Below, one piece after another: positions 10,336 to 21,123 of a DNA stretch of 45,081 nt (positions are counted from its first letter, which is position 1; the number at the start of each line of letters is the position of its first letter). The notes under the pieces were generated by a model. It was not told the DNA's origin. It saw only the letters and a program-made list of their open reading frames with translations, and did not search any database. Source of the DNA: Actinomycetota bacterium. Lineage in GTDB: Bacteria > Actinomycetota > Actinomycetes > JAKEEW01. The position numbers and the translations under genes are program-made. The DNA lies in assembly GCA_046725875.1 (NCBI GenBank), contig JBKOZJ010000114.1, forward strand, positions 1 through 45,081, read 5' to 3'.

Positions 10336-10469
10336 CGAGCGACGCAGTCCGACGAAGAATGAGATCGTCTGTCGCCGCACCGCGGCTCTGGTTAGACTCG
10401 CCCCGTTCATCGAGCCCGCGTTCGGCGCTCGCCCAGATACAACCGCCGCCAGAGTCGCCTAGGAGCGTC

Positions 10470-11663
10470 GTGTCCCGTCGCCTGTTCACCTCGGAGTCCG
10501 TGACCGAGGGTCACCCCGACAAGATCGCCGATCAGATCAGCGACGCCATCCTCGACACGCTGCTCAAGGAAGACCCGCGCAGCCGGGTCGCCGTGGAGAC
10601 CCTCATCACAACAGGGCTCGTCCACGTCGCTGGCGAGGTGACGACCGAGGCATGGGCGGACATCCCGACCATCGTCCGAGAGAAGATCCTCGAGATCGGG
10701 TACGACTCGTCGAAGAAAGGATTCGACGGTCTGTCCTGCGGTGTCACGGTGTCTATTGGTTCCCAGTCGCCCGACATCGCCCAGGGCGTGGATGCGGCCT
10801 ACGAGACCCGCGAGGGCGAGAACGGCGACGAGCTGGACCGTCAGGGTGCCGGCGACCAGGGGATGATGTTCGGCTACGCGTGCCTGGACACGCCCGAGCT
10901 CATGCCGCTGCCGATCACGTTGGCCCACCGGCTCGCGCAACGGCTGGCCAAGGTGCGCAAGGACGGGACGATCCCCTACCTTCGTCCGGACGGGAAGACC
11001 CAGGTCACCATCGAGTACGCGGGCGAGCAGCCGGTCCGGCTCGACACGGTGGTGGTGTCCAGCCAGCATGCTTCCGACATCGACCTAAACACCCTCTTGC
11101 AGCCAGACATCGCCGAGCATGTGGTCGAGCCCGAGCTTGCCCGGCTGGCAATCGACACCGCCGGATACCAACTGCTCGTCAACCCAACCGGTCGGTTCGA
11201 GGTCGGCGGCCCGATGGGAGACGCGGGTTTGACCGGCCGCAAGATCATTATTGACTCCTACGGGGGGATGGCGCGGCACGGTGGCGGCGCCTTCTCCGGC
11301 AAGGACCCGTCCAAGGTGGACCGCTCGGCTGCCTACGCGATGCGGTGGGTTGCCAAGAATGTGGTGGCGGCCGGGCTGGCGGGCAGATGCGAGGTCCAGG
11401 TCGCCTACGCGATCGGGAAGGCGCATCCGGTCGGCCTGTTCGTGGAGACCTTCGGCACCGGTGTGGTCTCCGACGACGAGATCATGCACGTGGTGATGTC
11501 GGTCTTCGACCTGCGGCCCGCGGCCATCATCCGGGACCTGGATCTGCTGCGGCCGATTTACGCGCAGACCGCCACCTATGGGCACTTCGGCCGCGACCTG
11601 CCCGACTTCACCTGGGAGCGCACCGACCGGGTCGACGCCCTCCGGGCGGCATCTGGCCTATAG
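10470..11663 (+). CDS. metK: Methionine adenosyltransferase
   Basis: [39 protein letters not shown] 10470 with AGGAG RBS. Confidence 0.98.
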   Translation: MSRRLFTSESVTEGHPDKIADQISDAILDTLLKEDPRSRVAVETLITTGLVHVAGEVTTEAWADIPTIVREKILEIGYDSSKKGFDGLSCGVTVSIGSQSPDIAQGVDAAYETREGENGDELDRQGAGDQGMMFGYACLDTPELMPLPITLAHRLAQRLAKVRKDGTIPYLRPDGKTQVTIEYAGEQPVRLDTVVVSSQHASDIDLNTLLQPDIAEHVVEPELARLAIDTAGYQLLVNPTGRFEVGGPMGDAGLTGRKIIIDSYGGMARHGGGAFSGKDPSKVDRSAAYAMRWVAKNVVAAGLAGRCEVQVAYAIGKAHPVGLFVETFGTGVVSDDEIMHVVMSVFDLRPAAIIRDLDLLRPIYAQTATYGHFGRDLPDFTWERTDRVDALRAASGL

Positions 11664-11687
11664 CGGTTCGGCCGGCGACCACGTGAC

Positions 11688-11714
11688 AAGGCTCCCTGGT
11701 GGCCGCCAGACCTT
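11688..11714 (+). terminator. Possible stem-loop after metK
   Basis: aagg-ctcc-ctggtgg / ccgccag-acctt imperfect inverted repeat 25 nt after the stop; no U-tract. Confidence 0.3.
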
Positions 11715-11838
11715 GCCCAGATGGCGGGCACTCGAGGGCGAACAGAAGGCGTGAGCCGGCTGGTTGGCCAATATCGTCAGGCGGACTGTGCTGTGGATGA
11801 GGTGCGCGGCTGACCGGATGATTTGGTAGACCGGGGGG

Positions 11839-14031
11839 ATGGACGGCGGCGCCGGCTCGACGAAAGGGGAGGAGGTCGCTCTCGTCCGTGCGAGGCTCCG
11901 GAATGGCGCGCCGTCCGGACCGCCTGCAATTGCCGCCCGCGACCCCGTCGCCCGCGTCCTGGTCGACGTGTCGCTACCCCATCTCGACCGACCGTTCGAC
12001 TACCTCGTGCCCGAGTCCATGTCGGATCGGGCGATGCCGGGATGTCGGGTGCGAGTGCGGTTCGCGGGCCGGAAGATCGACGGCTTCATCCTCGAGCGCC
12101 AGGCAGCCAGCCAGCACACCGGCAGCCTGGCTCCACTGGATCGGGTGGTGTCGCCGCAACCTGTTCTGACGCCGGAGATCGCCCAGCTTGCTCGGCTGCT
12201 CGCCGATCGGTACGCCGGAACCACGGCCGACGTGCTGCGGCTCGCCATACCACCGCGGCACGCCCGCGCGGAGCGCGGCCTAATTGGAGACAACGACACC
12301 GGCCAGCGCGATGAGGCTGACTGGGCACAGCCGCCGCAGCCAAGCGAGACCGGGGAAGCCGCCGTGACCAGTGAAGATGCCGGGGGCACCGGGGGTTACG
12401 CGGTCCCGCCGGGACCGAGTGCCAAGTTTGTGGGCCAGCCCCGGGACGCCAGGCCTCCGCTCGCGAGCGACGCTGCCCCGGTGCCGGCCGGTGAATGGAA
12501 GCTCTACTCGGCGGGCCCGGCGTTCTTGGCTGCCCTGAGCGGCGGCGATTCCCCCCGCGCGGTTTGGTCGGCACTGCCGGGCGCAGAGCACTGGACTGGG
12601 GCCGTGGCGGCCGCTGCTGCTGCGACCGTCGCATCCGGTCGTGGCGTCGTCGTTGTTGTGCCCGACAAGCACGACCTCGCTCGCCTCGACGCGGCCGTGA
12701 CCGACGCTCTTGGGCCCGGCCGCCATGTGGTCCTCACCGCTGAACTGGGCCCGGCCGAGCGCTATCGCCGCTTCCTGGCCGTTCTGCGCCGCGAGGTTCA
12801 GGTCGTGATCGGCACTCGTGCGGCGGCCTTCGCGCCGGTTCATGGGCTCGGTCTCGTTGTCTGCTGGGACGACGGCGACGACCTGCACGAGGAGCCACGC
12901 GCGCCCTACCCGCACACGCGCGAGACTCTGACGCTGCGCGCACATGAAGCGGGCGCCGCGGCGCTGGTCGGCGGCTTCGCGGTGACTGCCGAGGCGGTGC
13001 GCCTCGTACGCTCCGGTTGGGCTCGGGCGATCCGCGCGGATCGGTCCGTCGTCCGGGCCAACGCACCCAGAGTCGCTCCTGCCGATGACGTGGGCAGTCC
13101 GGCGGTCGCGGACATCGACGCGGCCCGGTCGGCTCGTCTGCCGACCGGTGCGTGGTCGGTGGCGAAGGTGGCGCTCGAGCGAGGACCGGTCCTCGTCCAG
13201 GTACCCCGGGGCGGATATGCACCGGCGCTCGGCTGCCTGCGGTGCCGGATGCCGGCCCGCTGCACGCGCTGCTCCGGACCACTATCGGTGACGGCGGGCC
13301 AACCGATCGCGTCATGCGCGTGGTGCGGTCTCGTCGCAAGCGACTGGCGATGTCCGCAGTGCGGTGAGCGTCGGCTGCGGGCGCGGGTGCTCGGGGCGGA
13401 CCGCACTGCCGAGGAGCTCGGCCGGGCTTTTCCGGCGGTCCCCGTGATCTCGTCGACCGGTGAGCACCGGCGACCGAGCGTCTCCGCTCGCCCGGCGCTC
13501 GTCGTCGCGACGCCGGGCGCCGAGCCAGTCGCCGGCGGCGGTTATGCGGCAGCGCTCTTGCTCGACGGGTGGGTCCTTCTCGGTCGGGCTGATCTGCGCG
13601 CCGCCGAGGAGGCGCTGCGCCGCTGGCTCGCCGCCGCCGCGCTCGTCCGGTCCGACGGCACTGTTGTGGTAATGGCGGATCGGTCGGCTCGCCCGGTGCA
13701 AGCACTCGTTCGGTGGGCGCCCGAGTGGCATGCCGAGCGCGAGCTGGGGGACCGGACAGCGCTCGGGCTCCCGCCCGCGGTACGGATGGCCGCGGTCGAC
13801 GGTCCCAACGCTGCGGTGACCGAGCTTCTTGACCTCGCGGCGTTGCCGGATGGTGCCGAGGTTCTCGGACCAGTGCCGATCGCCGAGGATCAAGTCCGTG
13901 CCCTTGTCCGCGTTGCCCACTCGGCGGGTGCGGATCTCGCCGTCGCGCTCAAGCAGGCCCAGGGGGTACGCAGCGCGCGGAAGGCCGCCGATCCGGCCCG
14001 GGTCCGAATCGACCCACACCCCCTCATCTAG
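11839..14031 (+). CDS. priA: Primosomal protein N' (actinobacterial type)
   Basis: HLDRPFDYLVP, VRVRFAGR, VIGTRAAAFAP, four CxxC pairs (CLRC/CTRC/CAWC/CPQC), GADRTAEELGRAFP, VRIDP; Walker motifs degenerate (WSALPG, DDGDD). Confidence 0.95.
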   Translation: MDGGAGSTKGEEVALVRARLRNGAPSGPPAIAARDPVARVLVDVSLPHLDRPFDYLVPESMSDRAMPGCRVRVRFAGRKIDGFILERQAASQHTGSLAPLDRVVSPQPVLTPEIAQLARLLADRYAGTTADVLRLAIPPRHARAERGLIGDNDTGQRDEADWAQPPQPSETGEAAVTSEDAGGTGGYAVPPGPSAKFVGQPRDARPPLASDAAPVPAGEWKLYSAGPAFLAALSGGDSPRAVWSALPGAEHWTGAVAAAAAATVASGRGVVVVVPDKHDLARLDAAVTDALGPGRHVVLTAELGPAERYRRFLAVLRREVQVVIGTRAAAFAPVHGLGLVVCWDDGDDLHEEPRAPYPHTRETLTLRAHEAGAAALVGGFAVTAEAVRLVRSGWARAIRADRSVVRANAPRVAPADDVGSPAVADIDAARSARLPTGAWSVAKVALERGPVLVQVPRGGYAPALGCLRCRMPARCTRCSGPLSVTAGQPIASCAWCGLVASDWRCPQCGERRLRARVLGADRTAEELGRAFPAVPVISSTGEHRRPSVSARPALVVATPGAEPVAGGGYAAALLLDGWVLLGRADLRAAEEALRRWLAAAALVRSDGTVVVMADRSARPVQALVRWAPEWHAERELGDRTALGLPPAVRMAAVDGPNAAVTELLDLAALPDGAEVLGPVPIAEDQVRALVRVAHSAGADLAVALKQAQGVRSARKAADPARVRIDPHPLI

Positions 14032-14426
14032 CGCCGTCGACGCCGGGCTGGTGACGGTTTCGATCCCCAGCTGCCGGTCCCCGTCCCGTCCGGTGGCCGC
14101 CGACGAGCCGGACCGGCGTCGGGGGCGGATTCGGCGCCACCTCTGTCGTCGACGCAGCCACGACGGAGCCGCCCGGTCGGGGTCGGGCTCCAACCTGCTC
14201 GGCAGTGTCGTCTTCACCGCCACTACCGGGCGGTCGCCTAGCAGCTCCGCCAAAGACCCCGGCTCCTGCCCGGCTCGCCGAGCGCGGCCTGGTCCTCGGT
14301 CGCGGCGCAACCTTGACAGATTGGAGCAGAGCTGACCCGACCAGGCAGCCCACTTGAACAACTGGCGGGCTGCCCCGGCTGTCCGCGTCCTTGCCGGAGA
14401 GGGCATCGGATCGCTCGTGAGACATG

Positions 14427-14639
14427 TCTGCGCAGTGCTGCCGGACCCCTCCGCACTGATCCAGAACGGTGGACCGTAATCTCGAAAACGATCAGGCATT
14501 CCCAAGATCAGGTGACCGCCGGGTCGAATATGGAGGCCGGTTTGTCAACCCGACGGTCCTTCAATCTTGGAATCTGCCTTGATCTTCTCCGTCACGGTCC
14601 AGCGTTCGGCGGTGCTCCCCCGGCGGACTGCCAAGTAGA
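14427..14639. repeat. ~210 bp imperfect inverted repeat (long hairpin)
   Basis: Nested arm pairs gcagt/actgc, gccgg/ccggc, gcactg/cggtgc, gaacg/cgttc, tggaccgt/acggtcca, gatc/gatc, aggca/tgcct, ccaagat/atcttgg, gaccgccgggtcga/tcaacccgacggtc around a loop at ~14528-14544. Confidence 0.75.
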
Positions 14640-15062
14640 TCAATCATTTGTGCTGAAACCGTGATTTTGGACTACACCGAGATCAGACGGTGTGCCGGGA
14701 CCCGGACAACCGCGGCCGATTCACGCAAGTTTCACCACATTGGCTGATTGCGCAGCCGCCAAACTTCAGGGTCTGCGCACAACGCCTGATCCCTGGCATC
14801 CGCCAGCCCGATCGGGACCGGCTCGACGCCGGGTCGAGGCCGACGAAACGAGCGTCGGGCACCGCCGGTAGCCGGTGCTCTTCTATCGGCTCCTCAGCGG
14901 ACCGTTGCGACCGACCTTTCACCTGCGTGGTCGGACTGCGACCACAGGCCGTGCCGGAGACCTACACGATCAAGGAAGCCCTTCCAGCCTTGCGCCAAGG
15001 CATCTGGCATGACTAGGGACAGTGGCAGGAGTTCAGTCTTGATGAGTAGCGGTTAAGCCATC

Positions 15063-15608
15063 TCAGAGGGCGAGGCCGTCGGTCCGGTGCGGGGAGATCT
15101 TGACGATGGGCGGCTGCTGGCCGGCCCATTCCGCTTCTCTTATCTCCTTGAGTGCACGTTTGCGGGTTTCCCGGTCCAGCCGGTCGATAAATAGCACGCC
15201 GTCGAGGTGATCGGTCTCATGCTGCAGGCACCGAGCCATCAGGTCGGAGCCCTCGATGACGACCGGTTCGCCGTACTGATTGAAGCCCTTTGCGACGGCG
15301 CGCAGCGCCCGCTTCGTATCGTAAGCAAGACCGGGCAACGACAGGCAGCCCTCTTCGCCGTCCTGCTCTTCGCTCGACAAGTCGAGGTCAGGGTTGATGA
15401 GGTGGCCGAGCTCGTCGTCGACGACGTAGGTGAACACCCGAAGGCTTACACCGATCTGGGGCGCCGAGAGGCCGGCGCCGGGGGCGTCCACCATGGTGTC
15501 GGTGAGATCCTTGACCAGGATCCGCAGCTCTTTGTCGAAGTCAACGACGGGATCGGCGGGGGTGCGAAGGATGGGGTCTCCGAAGAGCCTGATCGGCTGG
15601 ACGGCCAC
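15063..15608 (-). CDS. def: Peptide deformylase
   Basis: GAGLSAPQIG, EGCLS, QHETDHLDG motifs. Confidence 0.97.
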   Translation of the reverse strand: MAVQPIRLFGDPILRTPADPVVDFDKELRILVKDLTDTMVDAPGAGLSAPQIGVSLRVFTYVVDDELGHLINPDLDLSSEEQDGEEGCLSLPGLAYDTKRALRAVAKGFNQYGEPVVIEGSDLMARCLQHETDHLDGVLFIDRLDRETRKRALKEIREAEWAGQQPPIVKISPHRTDGLAL

Positions 15609-15740
15609 GCTTTCTCCCGTTCGTCGCGCTTAGGTGGCAAAGAAGAACTGCGTTCAAGTCTACGAGGCGCCACACGCAGCCGGCTCACTGCTTGATCATA
15701 AGTCTGGCAGTGGCTTGGCGTCCGGCCGATCAAGGAGGCC

Positions 15741-16679
15741 ATGGCTATGAGGGTGGTGTTCGCCGGGACGCCGCAGACCGCCGTGGCTTCGCTCGAGGCC
15801 GTACTCGGCTCCCGGCACGAGGTCGTCGCCGTCCTCACGAGACCGGATGCACTCGCCGGCCGAGGGCGGCGGCTGACGCCGACACCCGTGGCGGAGCGAG
15901 CAACCGCCGACGGCCTGGAGGTGCTGAAGCCGCAGCGGCCGCGCGATCCCGGGTTTGTCGCCCGACTCGCCGACCTTGCCCCGCTCTGCTGTCCGGTCGT
16001 CGCCTACGGTGGGCTCCTCCCACCAGCGGCGCTCGAGATCCCGCGCCACGGCTGGGTCAACCTGCACTTCTCACTACTTCCGGCGTGGCGGGGGGCGGCG
16101 CCCGTGCAGCACGCGATCATGGCTGGAGACGAGGTGACCGGGGCGACGACCTTCCGGATCGACGAGGGATTGGATACCGGCCCGGTGTACGGCATGGTGA
16201 CCGAGGCGATCAAACCCACGGACACCAGCGGCGATCTCCTCGGCCGCCTCGCGGTCTCCGGAGCGGCGTTGCTGGTCGCGACGCTCGACGGCATCGAAGA
16301 CGGTACCCTCACCGCTCGACCGCAGCTGGCTGACGGGGTGTCATATGCCCCAAAGGTCACCGCCGCTGACGCACGGGTCGACTGGGCAAGGCCGGCATTG
16401 CGGGTTGATCGGGTGGTACGCGGGTGCACACCGGCGCCCGGGGCGTGGACGACCTGGCGCGGCCTGCGGATCAAGCTCGGTCCGGTCCAGATAATCAACA
16501 CAGCCGACATCGGCTCTCTTGGCGCTGGCACGCTCCATGTCAGCAGGGATGCCGTGCTGGTGGGCACGGCGACGCATACGGTCCTGCTTGGTGATGTGCA
16601 GGAGCAGGGCAAGCGGCGGATGCCTGCGGCGGACTGGGCCCGCGGCAGTCGGATCGAGTCCGGCGAGAGCTTTGAGTAA
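15741..16679 (+). CDS. fmt: Methionyl-tRNA formyltransferase
   Basis: [32 protein letters not shown]. Confidence 0.97.
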   Translation: MAMRVVFAGTPQTAVASLEAVLGSRHEVVAVLTRPDALAGRGRRLTPTPVAERATADGLEVLKPQRPRDPGFVARLADLAPLCCPVVAYGGLLPPAALEIPRHGWVNLHFSLLPAWRGAAPVQHAIMAGDEVTGATTFRIDEGLDTGPVYGMVTEAIKPTDTSGDLLGRLAVSGAALLVATLDGIEDGTLTARPQLADGVSYAPKVTAADARVDWARPALRVDRVVRGCTPAPGAWTTWRGLRIKLGPVQIINTADIGSLGAGTLHVSRDAVLVGTATHTVLLGDVQEQGKRRMPAADWARGSRIESGESFE

Positions 16680-18153
16680 CGAAAGCGCCGCCCACCGCGG
16701 GGGTGGATCGCGGCGGCACCGGACGACGGGCGACAGGCAGGCGGCGATGGTACGACACGATCCCAGCGCCGCCCGGCGCGGGATGCGCCGGCGGTCGTCC
16801 GGACGACGCGATGGCAGGAGCGACCCCGCCCGCCGCGCGGCCTACCAGGTTCTCCGGGCGGTGGCGGATCGAGATGCCTACGCGAACCTGGTTCTGCCTT
16901 CGACCCTCCGCGAGCATGGGCTGTCCGGCCGGGACGCGGCATTCGCGACCGAGCTCGCCTACGGCACGCTGCGCCGCCGCGGGACCTGGGACGCGGTGAT
17001 CGCGGGCTGCGTCGACCGTCCACTTGAGCTGGTAGACCCGGCAGTGCTCGACATCCTCCGGCTCGGCGCTCATCAGCTGTTCGCGATGAGGGTGCCAGCC
17101 CATGCGGGGGTGGCCGAGTCGGTCGACCTGGGCCGGGAGGCTGTGGGAACCGGTCCGGCGCGGTTCGTCAACGCCGTCCTGCGTCAGCTGGCGACGCGCG
17201 CTCTCGACGCTTGGCTCGCCGAGCTCACCGACGGTCTGGACGATATCGAACGGCTCGCGGTCGTCCACTCGCATCCTAAGTGGATCGTGACGGCCTACGC
17301 TGACGCCCTTGGAGGGGACCTCGCCGAGGTCACGGCGGCACTCGCTGCCGACAACGAACCGCCCATGGTCACACTGGCCGTACGCCCGGGACGCGCAACA
17401 GTGGACGAGCTCTATGTGGCCGGCCTTCGTCCGGCACGCTGGTCGCCCTATGCCGTCTCGCTGTCCGGCGGTGATCCTGGTGACCTTGTAGCCGTAGTCG
17501 AGGGTCGGGCCGGGGTGCAGGACGAGGGGAGCCAGCTTGTGACGCTCGCACTTGCCCAGGCTCCGCTATCTGGTCGGGACGCTCGCTGGCTAGACCTATG
17601 TGCCGGACCGGGCGGCAAGGCGGCCTTGCTTGGTGGGCTGGTCGCCGAGCGCGGCGGTGCATTGCTCGCCGTCGACCGCCAGCCGCACCGGGCGAGGCTG
17701 GTCGCAGGAGCCCTGACCGGTTCACCTAGCCAATGGCTCGTGGTCGCCGGCGACGGCAGAGTGCCCACCTGGCGACATGGCGAATTCGACCGTGTCCTCG
17801 TCGACGTGCCATGTACGGGGCTGGGGGCATTGCGTCGCCGGCCCGAGTTGCGTTGGCGGCGCTCCCCTTCCGACGTAGCGGCACTACGGCCGCTGCAAGC
17901 AGAGCTACTCCGATCGGCGATCGAAGCGGCTCGTCCGAACGGTCTGATCGCCTACGTAACGTGCTCGCCACATCTCGCCGAGACGGTTGTAGTAGTTGGC
18001 GACGTGGTGAAGGGTCGCGACGACGTGGTGACTCTTGACGCCCGGCCCTATCTTCCGCGCGTACCACATCTCGGTACCGGGCCGCACGTACAGCTCTGGC
18101 CGCACCGGCATGGCACCGATGCGATGTTCCTGGCACTGCTCCGAAAGCGGTGA
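16672..18153 (+). CDS. rsmB: RsmB/NOP (Fmu/Sun) 16S rRNA m5C methyltransferase with NusB-like N-terminal domain
   Basis: [46 protein letters not shown]; start uncertain (TTG 16672 overlapping fmt stop, or ATG 16747). Confidence 0.92.
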   Translation: MSNESAAHRGGGSRRHRTTGDRQAAMVRHDPSAARRGMRRRSSGRRDGRSDPARRAAYQVLRAVADRDAYANLVLPSTLREHGLSGRDAAFATELAYGTLRRRGTWDAVIAGCVDRPLELVDPAVLDILRLGAHQLFAMRVPAHAGVAESVDLGREAVGTGPARFVNAVLRQLATRALDAWLAELTDGLDDIERLAVVHSHPKWIVTAYADALGGDLAEVTAALAADNEPPMVTLAVRPGRATVDELYVAGLRPARWSPYAVSLSGGDPGDLVAVVEGRAGVQDEGSQLVTLALAQAPLSGRDARWLDLCAGPGGKAALLGGLVAERGGALLAVDRQPHRARLVAGALTGSPSQWLVVAGDGRVPTWRHGEFDRVLVDVPCTGLGALRRRPELRWRRSPSDVAALRPLQAELLRSAIEAARPNGLIAYVTCSPHLAETVVVVGDVVKGRDDVVTLDARPYLPRVPHLGTGPHVQLWPHRHGTDAMFLALLRKR

Positions 18154-18192
18154 GGGCGACTCGTAACCGAGCCGCGGGGCTATCGTGCAGGT

Positions 18193-18861
18193 GTGGGTGT
18201 GCAGATGGCGCCGAGCATCCTGACGGCCGACTTCGCGCGGCTCGCCGAGGAGGCGGCCGCGGTAGAGAACGAGGCGGACTGGCTGCACGTGGATGTCATG
18301 GACAACCATTTCGTCCCCAACCTCACACTCGGCCTGCCGGTCGTGGAGAGCTTGCTCAAACACACGTCGCTTCCGCTGGACTGCCACCTAATGATCGAGG
18401 AGCCGGACCGCTGGGCCCCCGCCTATGCGGAGGCCGGCGCCACGAGCGTGACCTTCCATGTGGAGGCGGCGGATGCGCCAGTGCGGACCGCCCGAGCGAT
18501 CCGCACGGCCGGGGCCAGGTCCGGCCTCGCCCTGAGACCAGCCACCGCGGTAGATCCCTACGCTGAGCTGTTCCCCGAGCTCGACCTGCTTCTGATCATG
18601 ACGGTCGAGCCGGGCTTCGGCGGACAGGCGTTCCTCGACATCGTGCTCCCGAAGATCCGCCGGTCCCGCGAGCTCATCCGCGGGTCCGGCATGTCGATCT
18701 GGCTGCAGGTGGACGGCGGCATCTCGGCGAACACCATCGAGCGCTGTGCCGAAGCCGGAGCCGACGTCTTCGTGGCCGGGTCGGCTGTTTATGGCTCGGA
18801 TGACCCGGCGGCCGTGCTCCAATCGCTACGCGCGCAAGCGGACCGCGCCTTCCACCCGTAA
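18193..18861 (+). CDS. rpe: Ribulose-phosphate 3-epimerase
   Basis: [43 protein letters not shown] -10-like hexamer at 18181 suggests a leaderless start. Confidence 0.97.
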   Translation: MGVQMAPSILTADFARLAEEAAAVENEADWLHVDVMDNHFVPNLTLGLPVVESLLKHTSLPLDCHLMIEEPDRWAPAYAEAGATSVTFHVEAADAPVRTARAIRTAGARSGLALRPATAVDPYAELFPELDLLLIMTVEPGFGGQAFLDIVLPKIRRSRELIRGSGMSIWLQVDGGISANTIERCAEAGADVFVAGSAVYGSDDPAAVLQSLRAQADRAFHP

Positions 18862-18975
18862 GCGGCCCGCGCATACGCAGTTGGGTCCAGGGTGTCGTCC
18901 ATTCGCCACGGACCGCCGTTCCGGTTCCTGCCGGATCGGGCGTCGGTCTGGCAGACTGGAGTGTGCACAAAGAGC

Positions 18976-19102
18976 GCGTGCTCCGGGGTCGGTGAAACTC
19001 CGAACCGGCGGTGATAGTCCGCGACCCGACCGACGCCATCGGCCGGTGGACCTGGTGGAAGTCCAGGACCGACGGTAAAAGTCCGGATGGGAGGCAGCAC
19101 GC
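18976..19102 (+). ncRNA. FMN riboswitch (RFN element)
   Basis: gcgtgctccggggtcggtgaaactccgaaccggcggtgatagtccgcga...gtggacctggtggaagtccaggaccgacggtaaaagtccggatgggaggcagcacgc; RFN consensus directly upstream of the rib operon. Confidence 0.96.
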
Positions 19103-19257
19103 AGGCGTGCCGGCGCCATCCGCGCCGTTGGCAAGCGGTCGTCCGACTGCAACCGCCGGCCGGCGCGGAGTTCCAGGGGTCGTCCTCCTGCGATCCGTGG
19201 ACGATTGGACCGCCTCGCCTCGCCCCCGGAGTCCGTGATCGGACGAAAGGGGCCGAG

Positions 19258-20442
19258 ATGGACGAGGCCGGCCAGGTTGAGATTTCTGCCGGGCGGCTCC
19301 CAGGAGCGCCGGAAGAGCTGGCCGCTATGCGACGTGCGCTAGAGCTCGCGGCGCTGGGCGTCGGTACGACAAGTCCTAACCCAGTCGTCGGCTGCGTGGT
19401 CCTCGACGCGAGCGGAGCCATCGCGGGGGAGGGCTTTCATGAGTACGCAGGCGGCCCGCACGCCGAGGCACGCGCCCTGGCCGCTGCCGGCGACCGGGCC
19501 GGCGGCGGTACTGCGGTGGTCACGCTCGAACCGTGCGCCCACACCGGCCGCACTGGACCGTGCACCCGCGCTCTTATCGCAGCCGGCATCCGGCGGGTGG
19601 TCGCTGCGATCGCCGACCCAAGCGACTTCGCGGGCGGCGGCGCCGCCGTGCTGCGGGCGGCGGGCATCGAGGTCGAAGTTGGCCTGCTCGCCGAGGAGGC
19701 CGCCCTGGTCAACGAGGCGTGGCTCACTGCGGTCTCGCATGGGCGGCCACACGTCACCTGGAAATATGCGGCGAGCCTGGACGGGCGGGTCGCGGCCGCC
19801 GACGGTTCCAGCCGGTGGATCACCAGTGCAGCCGCCCGGGCCGACGTCCACCGCCTGAGGGCCAAGGCCGATGCCATAGTTGTCGGGTCCGGAACCCTTC
19901 TCGCCGACGACCCGCACCTGGCTGTCCGTGATCCAGCGCATGGAGTCCGACAACCGCTCCGCGTCGTCGTCGACACCGACGCGAAGATCAGTCCTGCCGC
20001 CAGGGTGCTTGACGGGACGGCACCGACTCTGCTCGCCGTTGCCGAGGACGCGGCTACCGACCACCTCCCGCCCACCGTGGACGTTCTCCGCATCCCCCGG
20101 GCGGCGACTGGGGGGCTCGGCCTTACCGCACTGCTCGGGGGGCTTCGGGACCGCGACGTCGTCTCAGTACTCCTCGAAGGCGGTCCCACGCTCGCCGGGT
20201 CCTTCCTACGCGAGGGCCTTGTGGACAAGGTGATCGCGTATATCGCGCCGGCACTCGTTGGTGACGGGCACTCCGTGATCTCCGGCCCGCTCGCCGCGAC
20301 GATCGCGGACGTCCGGCGCCTCCGTATCGATGACGTAGCGCAGGTCGGGCCGGACCTTCGCCTTACCGCTCGGCCGGCCGGGTTGCCGAGCGGTGTGGGG
20401 AACGTCGAGGAGTCGGTTGGCGCCGCGAGCGCCAGGCTCTGA
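19258..20442 (+). CDS. ribD: Riboflavin biosynthesis deaminase/reductase
   Basis: TSPNPVVG, HAE, TLEPCAHTGRTGPC, SLDG, SRWIT, LLEGGPTL; ATG 19258 with GAAAGGGG RBS. Confidence 0.96.
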   Translation: MDEAGQVEISAGRLPGAPEELAAMRRALELAALGVGTTSPNPVVGCVVLDASGAIAGEGFHEYAGGPHAEARALAAAGDRAGGGTAVVTLEPCAHTGRTGPCTRALIAAGIRRVVAAIADPSDFAGGGAAVLRAAGIEVEVGLLAEEAALVNEAWLTAVSHGRPHVTWKYAASLDGRVAAADGSSRWITSAAARADVHRLRAKADAIVVGSGTLLADDPHLAVRDPAHGVRQPLRVVVDTDAKISPAARVLDGTAPTLLAVAEDAATDHLPPTVDVLRIPRAATGGLGLTALLGGLRDRDVVSVLLEGGPTLAGSFLREGLVDKVIAYIAPALVGDGHSVISGPLAATIADVRRLRIDDVAQVGPDLRLTARPAGLPSGVGNVEESVGAASARL

Positions 20443-20460
20443 AGAAGTGCGAGGTGACGG

Positions 20461-21123
20461 ATGTTTACCGGGATAGTTGAGGAGCTGGGCGAGGTCATCC
20501 GGCTCGACCGCCTGGCCGACAGCGCCAGGCTGTACGTGCGCGGGAAGACGGTCACCGAGGATGCGCGGCATGGTGACTCGATCGCCGTGAACGGCGTCTG
20601 CCTCACAGTTGTCGACGTCTCCGATGGAGCGTTCACGGCGGACGTGATGCAGGAGAGTCTGGATCGCTCGGATCTGGGAGGTCTCGGGCCGGGCGATCCA
20701 GTGAACCTCGAGCGCCCGGTGCCGGCCGGTGGCCGGCTAGGTGGTCACATCGTCCAGGGACACGTCGACGGGGTGGGGACCATTCTCGACCGGACGCCCG
20801 CCGAGCGATGGGAAGTCGTCCGGATCGGGATTCCCGAGCGGCTTGCGAGGTTTCTCGTCGAGAAGGGCTCGGTCGCCGTCGACGGAGTCAGCCTCACCGT
20901 GGTCGAGGTGGGGGCGGGATCGGCCGAAAGCGAAGGTGGCGGCGGTGGATCCGCTGCCGCTGGCCCTTTCCTCAGCGTGGCGCTCATCCCGACCACCCTC
21001 GCGCTCACCACGCTCGGCCGCAAACAGGTTGGTGCGCTGGTCAACATCGAGGTGGATGTGATCGCCAAGCATGTAGAACGACTCCTCAGTCCAGCGCTGC
21101 CAGACGGGGGTGAAGTCGGATGA
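20461..21123 (+). CDS. ribE: Riboflavin synthase alpha chain
   Basis: [44 protein letters not shown]. Confidence 0.97.
   Translation: MFTGIVEELGEVIRLDRLADSARLYVRGKTVTEDARHGDSIAVNGVCLTVVDVSDGAFTADVMQESLDRSDLGGLGPGDPVNLERPVPAGGRLGGHIVQGHVDGVGTILDRTPAERWEVVRIGIPERLARFLVEKGSVAVDGVSLTVVEVGAGSAESEGGGGGSAAAGPFLSVALIPTTLALTTLGRKQVGALVNIEVDVIAKHVERLLSPALPDGGEVG

Noticed and set aside
10336..10469. SAM riboswitch upstream of metK
   Set aside because: No SAM-I/IV consensus recognisable
11839..14031. priA as a pseudogene because Walker motifs are degenerate
   Set aside because: Degenerate helicase motifs are normal for actinobacterial PriA and the ORF is intact
14032..14425. Minus-strand ORFs or possible decayed gene after priA (SLAELLGDRPVVAV, RQLGIETV)
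   Set aside because: No family recognisable and no consistent frame; cannot support a call without blastx
14690..15016. 108-aa plus-strand ORF
   Set aside because: Weak codon bias, no RBS, no motif
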